DNA from: Vulcanimicrobiota bacterium
GTDB taxonomy: Bacteria; Vulcanimicrobiota; Vulcanimicrobiia; Vulcanimicrobiales; Vulcanimicrobiaceae
Length of the DNA: 64,000 nt
Direction of reading: 5' to 3'
Assembly (NCBI GenBank): GCA_963733295.1
Contig: CAVTCS010000003.1
Span: 1,824,001 to 1,888,000, forward strand
In this document: in pieces, positions 38,238-47,555 of the stretch
Layout of the letters: the number at the start of each line of letters is the position of its first letter
Numbering within the stretch: position 1 is the first letter of the stretch
Notes under the pieces: generated by a model
Database searches by the model: none
Told to the model about the DNA's origin: nothing
Seen by the model: only the letters and a program-made list of their open reading frames with translations
Translations under genes and position numbers: made by a program

Positions 38238-39256
38238 TAGCCTTGGCGCTCCACAAGGACGGCCGGTTCGCGCCGCTCGATCGCCTCCTCAGGAATATCC
38301 TCGACGTCTTCAACTTGCGCCGAGCGCAGCATCGCCCCGATGCCGAGGATGCCCTTGGGGAAGAACAGCACGCAGAGCACGAAGGTCGCGCCGATGATGA
38401 TCTGCCAGGTCTGCGTCCAGCTGCTCAGCACGTTTGCCGCGAGCGTGTAGATGACCGCACCCAAGAACGGGCCCCAGAGCGTTCCTGATCCGCCCAAAAT
38501 CACCATCATCACGAAGTCGCCCGATTGGTGCCAGTCGAGCAACAGCGGATAGGCGAAGTTGATCGACATCGAGTAGAGCGAACCCGCAACCCCCGCGATC
38601 AGGCCAGAAATTCCGAGCGCCCGGAGGATCATCCGGTCGCTGTTGATCGCGAGATAACGGACTCGGATTTCGTTTTGGCTGATCGCGCGGAGGGTGAGCC
38701 CGAACGGCGAGCGCACCAGGTACCAGAGGAGAACCATCACGATCACAAACGCGACCAGGACGTAGTAGTAGTACGCGATGCCGTCGAGGCTCACGCCGTG
38801 CGCGCCGAAGAGGTTCGGCCGCGTGATCGAAAAACCGTCCTCGCCGCCCGTCACGTCGCTCCAGCGATATGCGATGAAATAGTAGACCTGGCCGAACGCG
38901 ACCGTCAACAAAGCGAAGTAGATTCCCCGGCGGCGAATCAAGAACGGTCCCAAGATGAGCGCCGAAGCCAGTCCTGCGAGCGCGCCGACGGCCGTCGCGA
39001 CGAGCATGTTGTCGGGCATGATGTAGTGCGAGAACAGAGCCGACCCGTACGCACCGACGCCGAAGAACGCCGCGTTGCCGAATGCCATCATGCCCGTGTA
39101 GCCGACCAGAACGTTGACGCTGGCGGCGGCGAGCCCGAAAAGCAGCAGCGTCGTTCCAAGCGAAATGTTCAGTTTGATCGCCGGCATGATCGCCGGGAGC
39201 GCCAGCAACCCGATCGCGAGCAGCGACATTCCCACGGCGTTCATGGCCCTGGTCAT
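38237..39256 (-). CDS. livM: Branched-chain amino acid-type ABC permease
   Basis: GYTGMMAFG, YFALLT, TGGEDG, SPFG, ILGGSG. Confidence 0.88.
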   Translation of the reverse strand: MTRAMNAVGMSLLAIGLLALPAIMPAIKLNISLGTTLLLFGLAAASVNVLVGYTGMMAFGNAAFFGVGAYGSALFSHYIMPDNMLVATAVGALAGLASALILGPFLIRRRGIYFALLTVAFGQVYYFIAYRWSDVTGGEDGFSITRPNLFGAHGVSLDGIAYYYYVLVAFVIVMVLLWYLVRSPFGLTLRAISQNEIRVRYLAINSDRMILRALGISGLIAGVAGSLYSMSINFAYPLLLDWHQSGDFVMMVILGGSGTLWGPFLGAVIYTLAANVLSSWTQTWQIIIGATFVLCVLFFPKGILGIGAMLRSAQVEDVEDIPEEAIERREPAVLVERQG

Positions 39257-40125
39257 CCGAAGATGCCCTCTTCGCCGAACAGGCCGCGTGGTCGCACGAA
39301 CAACACCGCCGCCATGAGGACGTACATGACAATCTCGGAAAACGCCGGCAAGTAGAGCGTCGTCACGCTGATCCCGAGCCCGAGCAACAAGCCGCCTACG
39401 ACGCAGCCCGCCAGGCTACCCATGCCTCCGATGACGACCGTAATGAAGGCCGGCATCAGCAGCGCGTTGCCCATCGTCGGCGAGAGTCCGAGTAACCCGG
39501 CCGCGAGGATGCCGGCAATCGCGGCCAGCAAGATCCCGATCCCGAAGTTCGTCATGTAGAGCAGTTGGGTGTTGATTCCGAGCGCCGCCATCATCTCGGC
39601 GTTCTGAACCGCACCGCGAAGGCGCAGACCCGTACGCGTCCTATACAGGAAGAGCAAGAGCAGCACCATGACGATCGCGAGTGCCGCCATGATCATGAGA
39701 CGATACGTCGGGAGAAAAATGTCACCGATCTGCGTCGACCCCTGCATATAGGCGGGCGGCGAGAACGGCACCGACTGCGGACCCCAGATAAGTCGAAACG
39801 ATTCTTCCGCAATCAGGGCCAGCCCGAACGTCAGCAAGAGACTGTAGAGCGGAATGCGTTTGTAGAGCGGCGAGATCAGCATTCGCTCGACGACGAGGCC
39901 GACGATGACCGTGAGAATCGCCGCGATGCCGAGCGCCAGCCAGAAATTCATCCCGCGTGAGAGAAGCGCAAACGCGAAGTAGCCGGCTAGCGTCAGGAAC
40001 GACCCGTGGGCGAGATTGATGGTCCCTGTGAGGTTCATGATAAGCGAGAGCCCGATCGCGACGATCGCGTAGAAGGCCCCGAGGACGATGCCGTTCACGA
40101 GCTCCGGAACGAGGCGCTCTAGCAT
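39253..40125 (-). CDS. livH: Branched-chain amino acid-type ABC permease
   Basis: NLAHG, RTRTG, VVIGGMGS, RPRGLFG. Confidence 0.88.
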   Translation of the reverse strand: MLERLVPELVNGIVLGAFYAIVAIGLSLIMNLTGTINLAHGSFLTLAGYFAFALLSRGMNFWLALGIAAILTVIVGLVVERMLISPLYKRIPLYSLLLTFGLALIAEESFRLIWGPQSVPFSPPAYMQGSTQIGDIFLPTYRLMIMAALAIVMVLLLLFLYRTRTGLRLRGAVQNAEMMAALGINTQLLYMTNFGIGILLAAIAGILAAGLLGLSPTMGNALLMPAFITVVIGGMGSLAGCVVGGLLLGLGISVTTLYLPAFSEIVMYVLMAAVLFVRPRGLFGEEGIFG

Positions 40126-40142
40126 GCGGGCTCCTTGATCAT

Positions 40143-40176
40143 CCTGCCGGACGGCGACCCTTCGCCGCCCGGCAGG
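40143..40176 (-). other. Strong intercistronic hairpin after the substrate-binding protein gene
   Basis: CCTGCCGG...CGGCGA-ccct-TCGCCG...CCGGCAGG inverted repeat with no U tract, typical of an mRNA-stabilising stem. Confidence 0.55.
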
Positions 40177-40182
40177 TGGAAT

Positions 40183-41454
40183 TTACGAAGGATAGCCGAG
40201 GTTGCAGATCTTCGCCTGATCCTCGGCAGACTTTTCGATTTTCTCGCCGTCCTGAGCGTCGAGTACGTTGAAGATGTCCTTGGGATCGCTGGCGGTCCCT
40301 CCGGCGCGAACGTTTCCAAACCACATCGGCCAGATCAGCTGGTGATCGACCGAACGATAGTACGCCGTGCCCTCACAGAGCGCATCGAAGTGCTTGTCTT
40401 CGAGCGCTTTGCAGATTTTGACCGCGTCGGTGCCCTTGGCTTGATCGATTGCATCCATCATGCGGCTGGCGGTGATGTAGCCGAAGGCGCTGCGCGCGGT
40501 CGGCGGTTCGCCAAACCTCACCGTGTAGTCGTGAACGAATGCGTGCGCAGGCGAGTTCGCCTTCCCGAGCACCATGTCGCTCTTGTAGTACCACTCGAAA
40601 CCCCAATAGCCGACCTGCGCCTCCTTGGGAAGCGACCAGAAGACTTCGAGTTCGCCTTGCGGGCCGGCGACCGGAATGCGCTTGAGCAGTCCAAACGAGT
40701 TGGCTTGTTTGAGGCAGTTGATCAAGTCGTCGCCCTGCACCATCGCGATAAGACAGTCCGGCTTCGCATTGAGCACTTTCGTGAGATAGGCGCTAAAGTC
40801 GCTCGTCCCGAGCGGGGTCAGATCGTCGCCGACGATTTGGATGCCGAGTTTTGACTCGAGATCCTTGTAACCGGTCTCGAGCGAGTGGCCGAACGCATAG
40901 TCCGGGGTGATAAAGTACCACTTCTTGCCGAACCTTTTCGCGATGGACAGTCCGGTCGCGTGTGTCTCCATCCACGTACTGTGGCACGTTCGAAACGTCG
41001 TCCAGTGACATTGCGAGCCCGTCACCGTATCGGTATGACCGCCCGAGTCGATGTACGGCTTGCGGGCTTCGAAGGCAACGTTGCTCGTCGCTTGCGAGAC
41101 GGCGCTGTTGAGAGTTCCGATCAACGCATCGACTTTGTCCACTTGAAAGAGCTTGCGGGCTTTCTCGACTGCGGTTCCCGGATTGTTTTGGTTATCTTCG
41201 ATGATCAGCCTGACCTGACGGCCGCCCAGGAGGCCGCCCTTCGCGTTCCGTGCGTCGACGGCCATCTGCATTCCGCGAACTTCGTTCTTCGCCGGATACG
41301 CGTAGACGCCGGTTAGTTCTTCACTTACACCGAGGTTGATCGCTTCCGCAGCAGCGCTGCGTTTAGGAATGAAAACGGGGACGCCGGCAACCAGTCCGGC
41401 CGTTGCTGCAGCCGATACTTTGATGAACCGGCGGCGTGACTGAGATCGCTGCAC
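40183..41454 (-). CDS. LivK-like ABC substrate-binding protein with Tat signal
   Basis: SRRRFIK twin-arginine motif, periplasmic binding protein type 1 motifs (DYAFG), GGAGG RBS. Confidence 0.88.
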   Translation of the reverse strand: MQRSQSRRRFIKVSAAATAGLVAGVPVFIPKRSAAAEAINLGVSEELTGVYAYPAKNEVRGMQMAVDARNAKGGLLGGRQVRLIIEDNQNNPGTAVEKARKLFQVDKVDALIGTLNSAVSQATSNVAFEARKPYIDSGGHTDTVTGSQCHWTTFRTCHSTWMETHATGLSIAKRFGKKWYFITPDYAFGHSLETGYKDLESKLGIQIVGDDLTPLGTSDFSAYLTKVLNAKPDCLIAMVQGDDLINCLKQANSFGLLKRIPVAGPQGELEVFWSLPKEAQVGYWGFEWYYKSDMVLGKANSPAHAFVHDYTVRFGEPPTARSAFGYITASRMMDAIDQAKGTDAVKICKALEDKHFDALCEGTAYYRSVDHQLIWPMWFGNVRAGGTASDPKDIFNVLDAQDGEKIEKSAEDQAKICNLGYPS

Positions 41455-41480
41455 GTGAACCTCCGAAAATCACGAAAAGG

Positions 41481-41666
41481 ACGAGAGCAACCTGTTGCCC
41501 CTAAGCTTGCGCCGGAGCGACCGGAAGTTTCCTCTGGACCTAGATTCCCAGGTCACCGGGCGATTACTCCGCCCAGACGGCCCGTCCGGCGCTTCCAATG
41601 GTCCCGTTTCACTAGGTGAAAACCGCCGAAGCAGCGTTCCCGGGGCAACCCCCTGCGGTTGCTCGT
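41481..41666 (-). ncRNA. Candidate structured cis-regulatory RNA (riboswitch-like) in the 5' leader of the ABC operon
   Basis: Nested stems, cUUCGg and GAAA tetraloops, G-U pairs that work only on the minus strand, and an alternative 3' hairpin. No family recognised. Confidence 0.6.
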
Positions 41667-41735
41667 ACAAAGCGCGCAGAACCGGCGTGTACAGGCCGGT
41701 ATCGAAGGCGAAGATGCCGTTTTGCACGGACGCTA

Positions 41736-42995
41736 CTAGCGGGTCGTCAGTAGCACGCTGAGGACGGCGAGCGCGAGCGCGGGCGGCATCACCAGCACGC
41801 CGGCGCGCAGGAACGTCCAAGCGGTGATGTCGATCTTCTCGCGGCGCAGCGCTATCAGCCAGAGGACCGTCGCAAGCGAACCAGTTACCGACAGATTTGG
41901 TCCCAGGTCGATGCCGATTGCGAGCGCCGCGCGCAGCGCGTCGTGGCCGTGTAGCGTTGCGGCACTCGTCCCGGCGATGAGCCCCGCGGGCAGGTTGTTC
42001 ATGAGATTCGATGCGACGGTAGTTGCGGCGCCAGCGCTCAGCACCGCAGGCACCGGCGGCCACGCGGCGAGCGCCTTGATGCCCGCGCGCGTCAGCTCGA
42101 GCAGTCCCGTTGAGTCGAGGCCTTGGATCATAACGAACAGCCCCGCGACGAACGCGAGAACCGACCACGAGACGGAGCCGAGCACGTCGCCGATTGCGGG
42201 ACGGTCGCGGAGGCAAACGATCGCGAAGATAAGTATCCCGCAAACGAACGTCGCTGCGCCGAGCGGCGCTCCGAGAGCAGAGGCCGTCAGGAGCGCGGCC
42301 GCAGTAAGCCCGACTCCGGTCAGTGTCAAGCGGCCGGCTGCGTGCAGTCGTTCGGCGTCGATGCCGCTCGTAAGCGGTCCGCGCAGAGCGCGCCGCGAGA
42401 TCAAGCCGAGAACGATAAAGGTCGTGGCGATCGCGAGCAGCGACGGCAGCGCGAATGTGGCGATCCAGCGCGGGAGCTGCGGAATCGCCCCGGCGAAGAC
42501 GACGAGATTCGCCGGGTTGGAAATTGGCAGCACGAAGCTCGCGGCGTTCGCGATGAACGCGCAGGCGAGAAGATGGGGCAATGGGTCGGCTTTCGCTTTG
42601 CGGACGGCGGCCGCGACGGCCGGCGTCAAGACAACAGCGGTAGCGTCATTTGAAAGCACGACCGTAACGACGAAGCCGACGGCGTAGACGAGTCCGAAGA
42701 GGCGGACGCGCGATCCGCCGGCCGCACGCACAGCGTGACTCGCGGCCCAGTCGAAGACACCTTCGCGTCGGGCGAGTTCCGCGAGCACCATCATGCCAGC
42801 GAGGAAAAGGTAGAGGTCGGTGCCGCGCTGGACCGCGTTGGCGACGGCGCCCAGCGGCACCAGCCCGAACACCGCGAGAAGCGCCGCGCCAAGAACAGCC
42901 CAGACCCATTCTGGAATACCGCGGGGACGTGCGAGTACACCGCCGATGCTCGCGGCGCAGAGTGCCCAAATGGCGACTTGTGCGGTCGTCGTAAT
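41736..42995 (-). CDS. ArsB/NhaD-family (arsenic-type) transporter, probable ATT start
   Basis: LSNDATAVVLTP, NAASFVLPISNPANL, NNLPA and GPNLSVTGSLAT motifs. The first TM (AIWALC...RPRGIPEW) lies in frame upstream of the ORF-track start. Confidence 0.8.
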   Translation of the reverse strand: MTTTAQVAIWALCAASIGGVLARPRGIPEWVWAVLGAALLAVFGLVPLGAVANAVQRGTDLYLFLAGMMVLAELARREGVFDWAASHAVRAAGGSRVRLFGLVYAVGFVVTVVLSNDATAVVLTPAVAAAVRKAKADPLPHLLACAFIANAASFVLPISNPANLVVFAGAIPQLPRWIATFALPSLLAIATTFIVLGLISRRALRGPLTSGIDAERLHAAGRLTLTGVGLTAAALLTASALGAPLGAATFVCGILIFAIVCLRDRPAIGDVLGSVSWSVLAFVAGLFVMIQGLDSTGLLELTRAGIKALAAWPPVPAVLSAGAATTVASNLMNNLPAGLIAGTSAATLHGHDALRAALAIGIDLGPNLSVTGSLATVLWLIALRREKIDITAWTFLRAGVLVMPPALALAVLSVLLTTR

Positions 42996-43070
42996 TCTAA
43001 GCGGCCGGTGCAGTTCGGAATGGCGAAGGTCGCGCAGACATAAAGCGAGTGTTCCGCCTCATCGCTGCAA

Positions 43071-45662
43071 CTAACCGGGCCCGTACGACCAATCGGCGAT
43101 GTTCCATAAGTCCGAGCCGACCGGTACGGGCCGGACGCCTTTGAGGTCGACGTTCGAAGCGGTAATCTCGGGGAGCCAGTCGAGCACGTATTCCGGAACC
43201 TGATCGATCAGCACGTGCTGGATCTTGTAGTAGAGCGCGCGACGGGCCGGCACGTCGTAGGTCAGCAGGGCCGCTCGTTGCCACTTGCCGATATCGGCGT
43301 TCTGGTAGAACGATACGTTTTGACCGGCCGGCGGCACGTTAGCCGGCGAAATGTAGGGTTCGTCATCGGGGTCCGGGTCAGTGTTCTGCCACGTGAAGAG
43401 CGCGACGTCGATTTTGCCGGTATAGAGCAAGCCGCCGGCTCCAAAGGGTGCGAAGAACGTAGCAGCGGGATAGTTCTTCACGCTAAGATCGACGCCGGCT
43501 TCGCGCCACTCACTCTGCAAGAGCACCTCGATCGCTTCGCGATTCTTCACGCCGGCCACCGTCGAGATGGAGAATGCGAGCGGCGCGCCGGCTTTCCGGC
43601 GGATCCCGTCGGGGCCCGCTTTCCAACCGTCGGAATCGAGGAGCGCGGCCGCTTTCGCGACGTCGTGCGGATAGTACCGGATCGCCGGATCGGCCCAACC
43701 GAAATCCGGATTGAAGTGCACGGGTCCGAGCGTTCCGAGTCCGCGATAGATTTTCCTATAAATCGTGTTGATGTCCGTCGCGTAGGCGAGCGCAAGTCGA
43801 ACCGTACGATCGTCGAGCGGCGGGCGTCGCGTGTTGAAAGTGAGATGTTCCCAGTGCAACGTCGAGACGTTCGCGAGCTTGATTCCATCGAAGCTCTTCA
43901 TTTGCTCGGCCTGCAGTGCGGGAACGCCGTAGTCGACGTCGATCTCGTGCGTCCGGAGTGCGTCGAGCAGCGTGTTCTGATCGGGGATAAAGCGCACGAG
44001 GACGTGTGGGATCCTCGGTTTACCGGCGAAGTATGAGGGGTTCGCGTCGAAGCGCATTTCGCTCCCGTGCGCCCACGCGCGAAAGCGATACGGCCCGGTA
44101 CCGACCGGATGGGTATTGAAGGCGATCTTATTGATATCGCGATACCCGGCTAAGATGTGTTCGGGCACGATGGCGCCGCCGTTGAGATCCCGGAAGAGAT
44201 AGACCGCGGGCGGATACGGTTGACGCAGCTTGACGCGCACGGTGTACTTGTCGGGCGTATCGATCGTGACGATCTTGTCGTATCCCGCGCGCGAGGTCAC
44301 GTTGTTGTTCGGGTTCATCATGGCGCGCCACGTGAACGCGACGTCGGCTGAGGTAAACGGCACGCCGTCGTGCCAGCGAGCGTTACGCACGAGATGGTAG
44401 GTCAGCGTCTTCCCGTCACGCGATATGCCGCCGTTTGCTTGCGTCGGTATTTCGCGCGCGAGATCTGGGATGGGCCGCGCTTTGTCGTCGTAGCGGATCA
44501 ATCCGTCGAAGACGAGCTGATAGATGTCGCTCGCGAAGGCCATGCTGCCGAGCACCGGATCGAGCGTATCCGGCTCTTCGTAAAGCCCGATGCGAACCGT
44601 GTCGGGTTTCGTCCACGCGTGAAGTTGCGCCGGACCGGTTCCGGCGGTGCCCAGGCGCGTGCACCCAGTGATTCCGCTCCCTGCCAGAGCGCAGACGAGC
44701 GCGACGACCGCGGGTGCCAGCGAACGGCCTCGCCCCCACGGCGCGTATGCAAAGATCAAACCGCCGAGAAAACACAGCCCGCCGAGCCACAGCGCGAGGG
44801 GTGCGGGGATCGCCGAAATGACGAGCGTCGGATACGTTCCGATCGTCGCGCGCAAGCGCACGCCACCGAGCTCCAGCGCCGTGTCGCCTTGAACGAATCC
44901 GATGCCGCCGGGCACGAGGTCGCCGCTATCGTTGTCCACCGCGAACAAGACCGCCGGCAAACCCGGGTCCACGCCGTGGAACTTCGAGTTCTTCGTCGCC
45001 GCCGCACTGAAAAGGAAGGCTTTGATTTGGCGATGCACCGCCGGCGTGTTGAACGTGTCGGCCGGGAGCATCCGGTTCGCGATTTCGAGGTTCTGGGGAA
45101 AGAACAAGATAGGCGAGAGGAACGCGGGGTTCGTCGGCTGCGTGATCGTGAGGTGATTGCCTTGCAGGTCGGTCGCATCGATATAGGCGACCGTTTGCGG
45201 GCGTTGCTCGATCGCGGTCGTTCCGAAAAAGCGCGGCGCACCCGGAGCCAGTTCGACGTTCGAGCCGTTGCGGCGGCGCAGCACGACTCGCGCGTCCCCG
45301 CGCTGGATCGTGGCAGCATCCGCATTCGGAAAGAACGCCGCGGCCTTGACGTCGGGCAGCGGCGCGACGGTCGCCGGCGCGCGCGAGACCGTTTCGCTGT
45401 CCGGACCGAGCAGACCCGACGCGATCCCTGCGCCGATCGTCACGAGCGCTCCGATCATCGTGACGATCAGGCGATTACCGGTTTCACCATCTTGCCTTTT
45501 GCGGGCGGCGTTGATGTATCCAAACAACCCGATGGCGCAGAGAGCGAGCGCCGCCGCGTATTGCCACGTGTGGAAACCCGCCCAGCTCGGAACGAAGAGT
45601 TGCGCAAAGACCAGGGCCATCGCGATCGTTGCGACCGAGATCGCGAAGGCGCGATGACTCAC
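43071..45662 (-). CDS. Fusion of an N-terminal membrane (ResB-like) region and an OppA/DppA-family peptide-binding domain
   Basis: GTG start overlapping the tlpA stop. SBP family 5 motifs (YHLVRNARWHDGVPFTSADV, GTGPY). Internal lipobox-like ITGC. Confidence 0.75.
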   Translation of the reverse strand: MSHRAFAISVATIAMALVFAQLFVPSWAGFHTWQYAAALALCAIGLFGYINAARKRQDGETGNRLIVTMIGALVTIGAGIASGLLGPDSETVSRAPATVAPLPDVKAAAFFPNADAATIQRGDARVVLRRRNGSNVELAPGAPRFFGTTAIEQRPQTVAYIDATDLQGNHLTITQPTNPAFLSPILFFPQNLEIANRMLPADTFNTPAVHRQIKAFLFSAAATKNSKFHGVDPGLPAVLFAVDNDSGDLVPGGIGFVQGDTALELGGVRLRATIGTYPTLVISAIPAPLALWLGGLCFLGGLIFAYAPWGRGRSLAPAVVALVCALAGSGITGCTRLGTAGTGPAQLHAWTKPDTVRIGLYEEPDTLDPVLGSMAFASDIYQLVFDGLIRYDDKARPIPDLAREIPTQANGGISRDGKTLTYHLVRNARWHDGVPFTSADVAFTWRAMMNPNNNVTSRAGYDKIVTIDTPDKYTVRVKLRQPYPPAVYLFRDLNGGAIVPEHILAGYRDINKIAFNTHPVGTGPYRFRAWAHGSEMRFDANPSYFAGKPRIPHVLVRFIPDQNTLLDALRTHEIDVDYGVPALQAEQMKSFDGIKLANVSTLHWEHLTFNTRRPPLDDRTVRLALAYATDINTIYRKIYRGLGTLGPVHFNPDFGWADPAIRYYPHDVAKAAALLDSDGWKAGPDGIRRKAGAPLAFSISTVAGVKNREAIEVLLQSEWREAGVDLSVKNYPAATFFAPFGAGGLLYTGKIDVALFTWQNTDPDPDDEPYISPANVPPAGQNVSFYQNADIGKWQRAALLTYDVPARRALYYKIQHVLIDQVPEYVLDWLPEITASNVDLKGVRPVPVGSDLWNIADWSYGPG

Positions 45663-46198
45663 TGCGCTTTGAGCACCGGATCGACGAGAGCTTGAAACTC
45701 GGCGAGCGTCCGTTCGCCGTCGACGCCGTGAACGATATGACCGGTGCGATCGACGAGCACCGAAGTCGGCAATCCGATCGCCCCATAAGCGCGACCGTAG
45801 CGCTGCTCGGTGTCGATCAAGATCGGGTAAGTCAAGTTCAACTCGCGTGCGAACTTGCTCGCGGCGCTTCGCGATTCGCCCTGATCGACGCCGAGCACGA
45901 CCAGACCGCGCCCCTGGTCCTTGCGATAAAGCTGTTCGAGCGCCGGCGTCTCGCTGCGGCAAGGCGCGCACCACGTCGCCCAGAGATTTACCAAAACGAC
46001 CTTGCCGCGATAGTCGTTGAGCGCCGAGGTGCCACCCTCAAGGGTTTGGAGAGCAAAGCTTTGCGCAGGTGCTCCGGCTAACATCGATGGTCCCGCCGGC
46101 GGCCCTGCTCCTCCGGCACCGCTGAAGTATGCCGAAATAGTCAACACGACCGCAATGAGGCCCACTGCCGTCAGAGCGAGAAAGAGACCATTGCGCAT
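45659..46198 (-). CDS. TlpA/ResA-family thiol-disulfide reductase
   Basis: N-terminal anchor, LWATWCAPC, GLPTS. Confidence 0.9.
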   Translation of the reverse strand: MRNGLFLALTAVGLIAVVLTISAYFSGAGGAGPPAGPSMLAGAPAQSFALQTLEGGTSALNDYRGKVVLVNLWATWCAPCRSETPALEQLYRKDQGRGLVVLGVDQGESRSAASKFARELNLTYPILIDTEQRYGRAYGAIGLPTSVLVDRTGHIVHGVDGERTLAEFQALVDPVLKAQ

Positions 46199-47090
46199 GG
46201 ATGCCACTTCGGAGGAATTCCCAGAGCCCCCCGCAGCCGCGCGGCGCCACGTAACTTGGCGAAGGCGCAACGTTCCTGTCGACGCACAGACCAACGTAGC
46301 GGTCTTCGAAGCCGGCTGCTCCGACTCGAACGCGCCGACAATTCTTCTCGTGCACGGACTCGGACACTGGACGCAGGCTGCCTGGGACTTCGTTGCAGCC
46401 GAGCTTGAAGGGACGCACCGTCTCGTCGGTTTCGATCTTCCTGGTTTCGGCGAGTCGTCCAAACCCGATGTGGTTTACGATCTCGCGTATTTCACGCGCG
46501 CGGCGCGCGCCGTCGTCGAGGCGCTCGAATTGCGCGGATTCGTTCTCATCGGACACTCGCTGGGCGGTTTGATCGCGGCGAACTACGCGGCGACGTATCC
46601 CGGCGACGTTCGCCGGCTCGTGCTAATCGCTCCCGCAGGCTTCATGCGTACGCCGAAATTGCTCGTTCGCGTCTTCGGCAGCCGCATCATAACGGGCGTA
46701 GCTGACGGCGTGCGGCCTTCGCGTGCTTGGGTGCGGCATACGCTCGAAACCACCGTCTTCGATCCGGCGAACATCGACGAAGACTTGCACGCGCAGATGT
46801 ACGCCCTCTCGCGCGACCGCACGATGGTGCGAGCTTTCTGGCGCGTCTACCGCGACGCGCTCAAGGATTTCCTCGATCTATCCGCTTTGCACGCGAAGCT
46901 GGCCGAGTATCGTGGACCGGCCTTGCTCGTGTGGGGGCGGCAGGACCGCCTCGTTCCGATTAAATCGCTCGACAGCGCTCGACGCGTGTATCCGCAGGCC
47001 GAAGTCGAGATCTTCGAGCGTTGCGGACACTGCCCGAGTTTCGAATTTCCCGAAAAGCTAGTCGAGCGGCTTCTCGTCGCCGGTGCGTGA
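46197..47090 (+). CDS. Alpha/beta fold hydrolase
   Basis: LVHGLG, DLPGFGES, GHSLGG, WGRQD, CGH. Start uncertain. Confidence 0.85.
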   Translation: MDATSEEFPEPPAAARRHVTWRRRNVPVDAQTNVAVFEAGCSDSNAPTILLVHGLGHWTQAAWDFVAAELEGTHRLVGFDLPGFGESSKPDVVYDLAYFTRAARAVVEALELRGFVLIGHSLGGLIAANYAATYPGDVRRLVLIAPAGFMRTPKLLVRVFGSRIITGVADGVRPSRAWVRHTLETTVFDPANIDEDLHAQMYALSRDRTMVRAFWRVYRDALKDFLDLSALHAKLAEYRGPALLVWGRQDRLVPIKSLDSARRVYPQAEVEIFERCGHCPSFEFPEKLVERLLVAGA

Positions 47091-47438
47091 ACCCCTGGGC
47101 GTCGTTTGCTCGGGCAGTTCCGTGACGGTCGCACTCGTTGTTTCCCCGGGGACGAGCGTGCCGTATTTCGCTTGGTAGTAGGTGTCGCGCAGCGTGCCGA
47201 GTTGGATGTCGGATTTCACCACCGACCCATCACCCCGTAGCACGGCGATTTCGCGGATGAACGGAACGTACGCGCGGAGCCGGACGGTTTTCCAATCCGA
47301 GATCCGCCATTTTTGCGGCGACATCACGAGAAAATCGTACGAAGGCAACTTCTTATCCGCGACCTTCAACGGCGTGAGCCGGACGCGAAACCCTTCGCAC
47401 GCGTAGATCTGCTCCTCGAGTTGAACCGGCGTCGGCAA
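47058..47438 (-). CDS. Hypothetical protein
   Basis: TTG start with AGGAGG RBS. Confidence 0.65.
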   Translation of the reverse strand: MPTPVQLEEQIYACEGFRVRLTPLKVADKKLPSYDFLVMSPQKWRISDWKTVRLRAYVPFIREIAVLRGDGSVVKSDIQLGTLRDTYYQAKYGTLVPGETTSATVTELPEQTTPRGSRTGDEKPLD

Positions 47439-47555
47439 TTGAGAACTTCCTCCTGACGTTGCGTTGTTGTTCCCAGAGGCGCAGGTTCCGCGTTCTCAAG
47501 AGCAACCTCCTAGGACTTTACCCGCCCGCGTAGCATCTCCGGCGAACACCGCACC

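Noticed and set aside
41481..41666. Identification as ykkC (guanidine/ppGpp), 6S, SRP or raiA RNA
   Set aside because: It lacks UAGGGUUCCG and the ykkC 3' tail, the SRP loop motif and the raiA conserved runs. It is multi-branched rather than a 6S-like rod. Judged by eye only.
46196..46199. Divergent genes sharing overlapping start codons (CATG)
   Set aside because: The hydrolase start is uncertain, so the overlap may be an annotation artefact.
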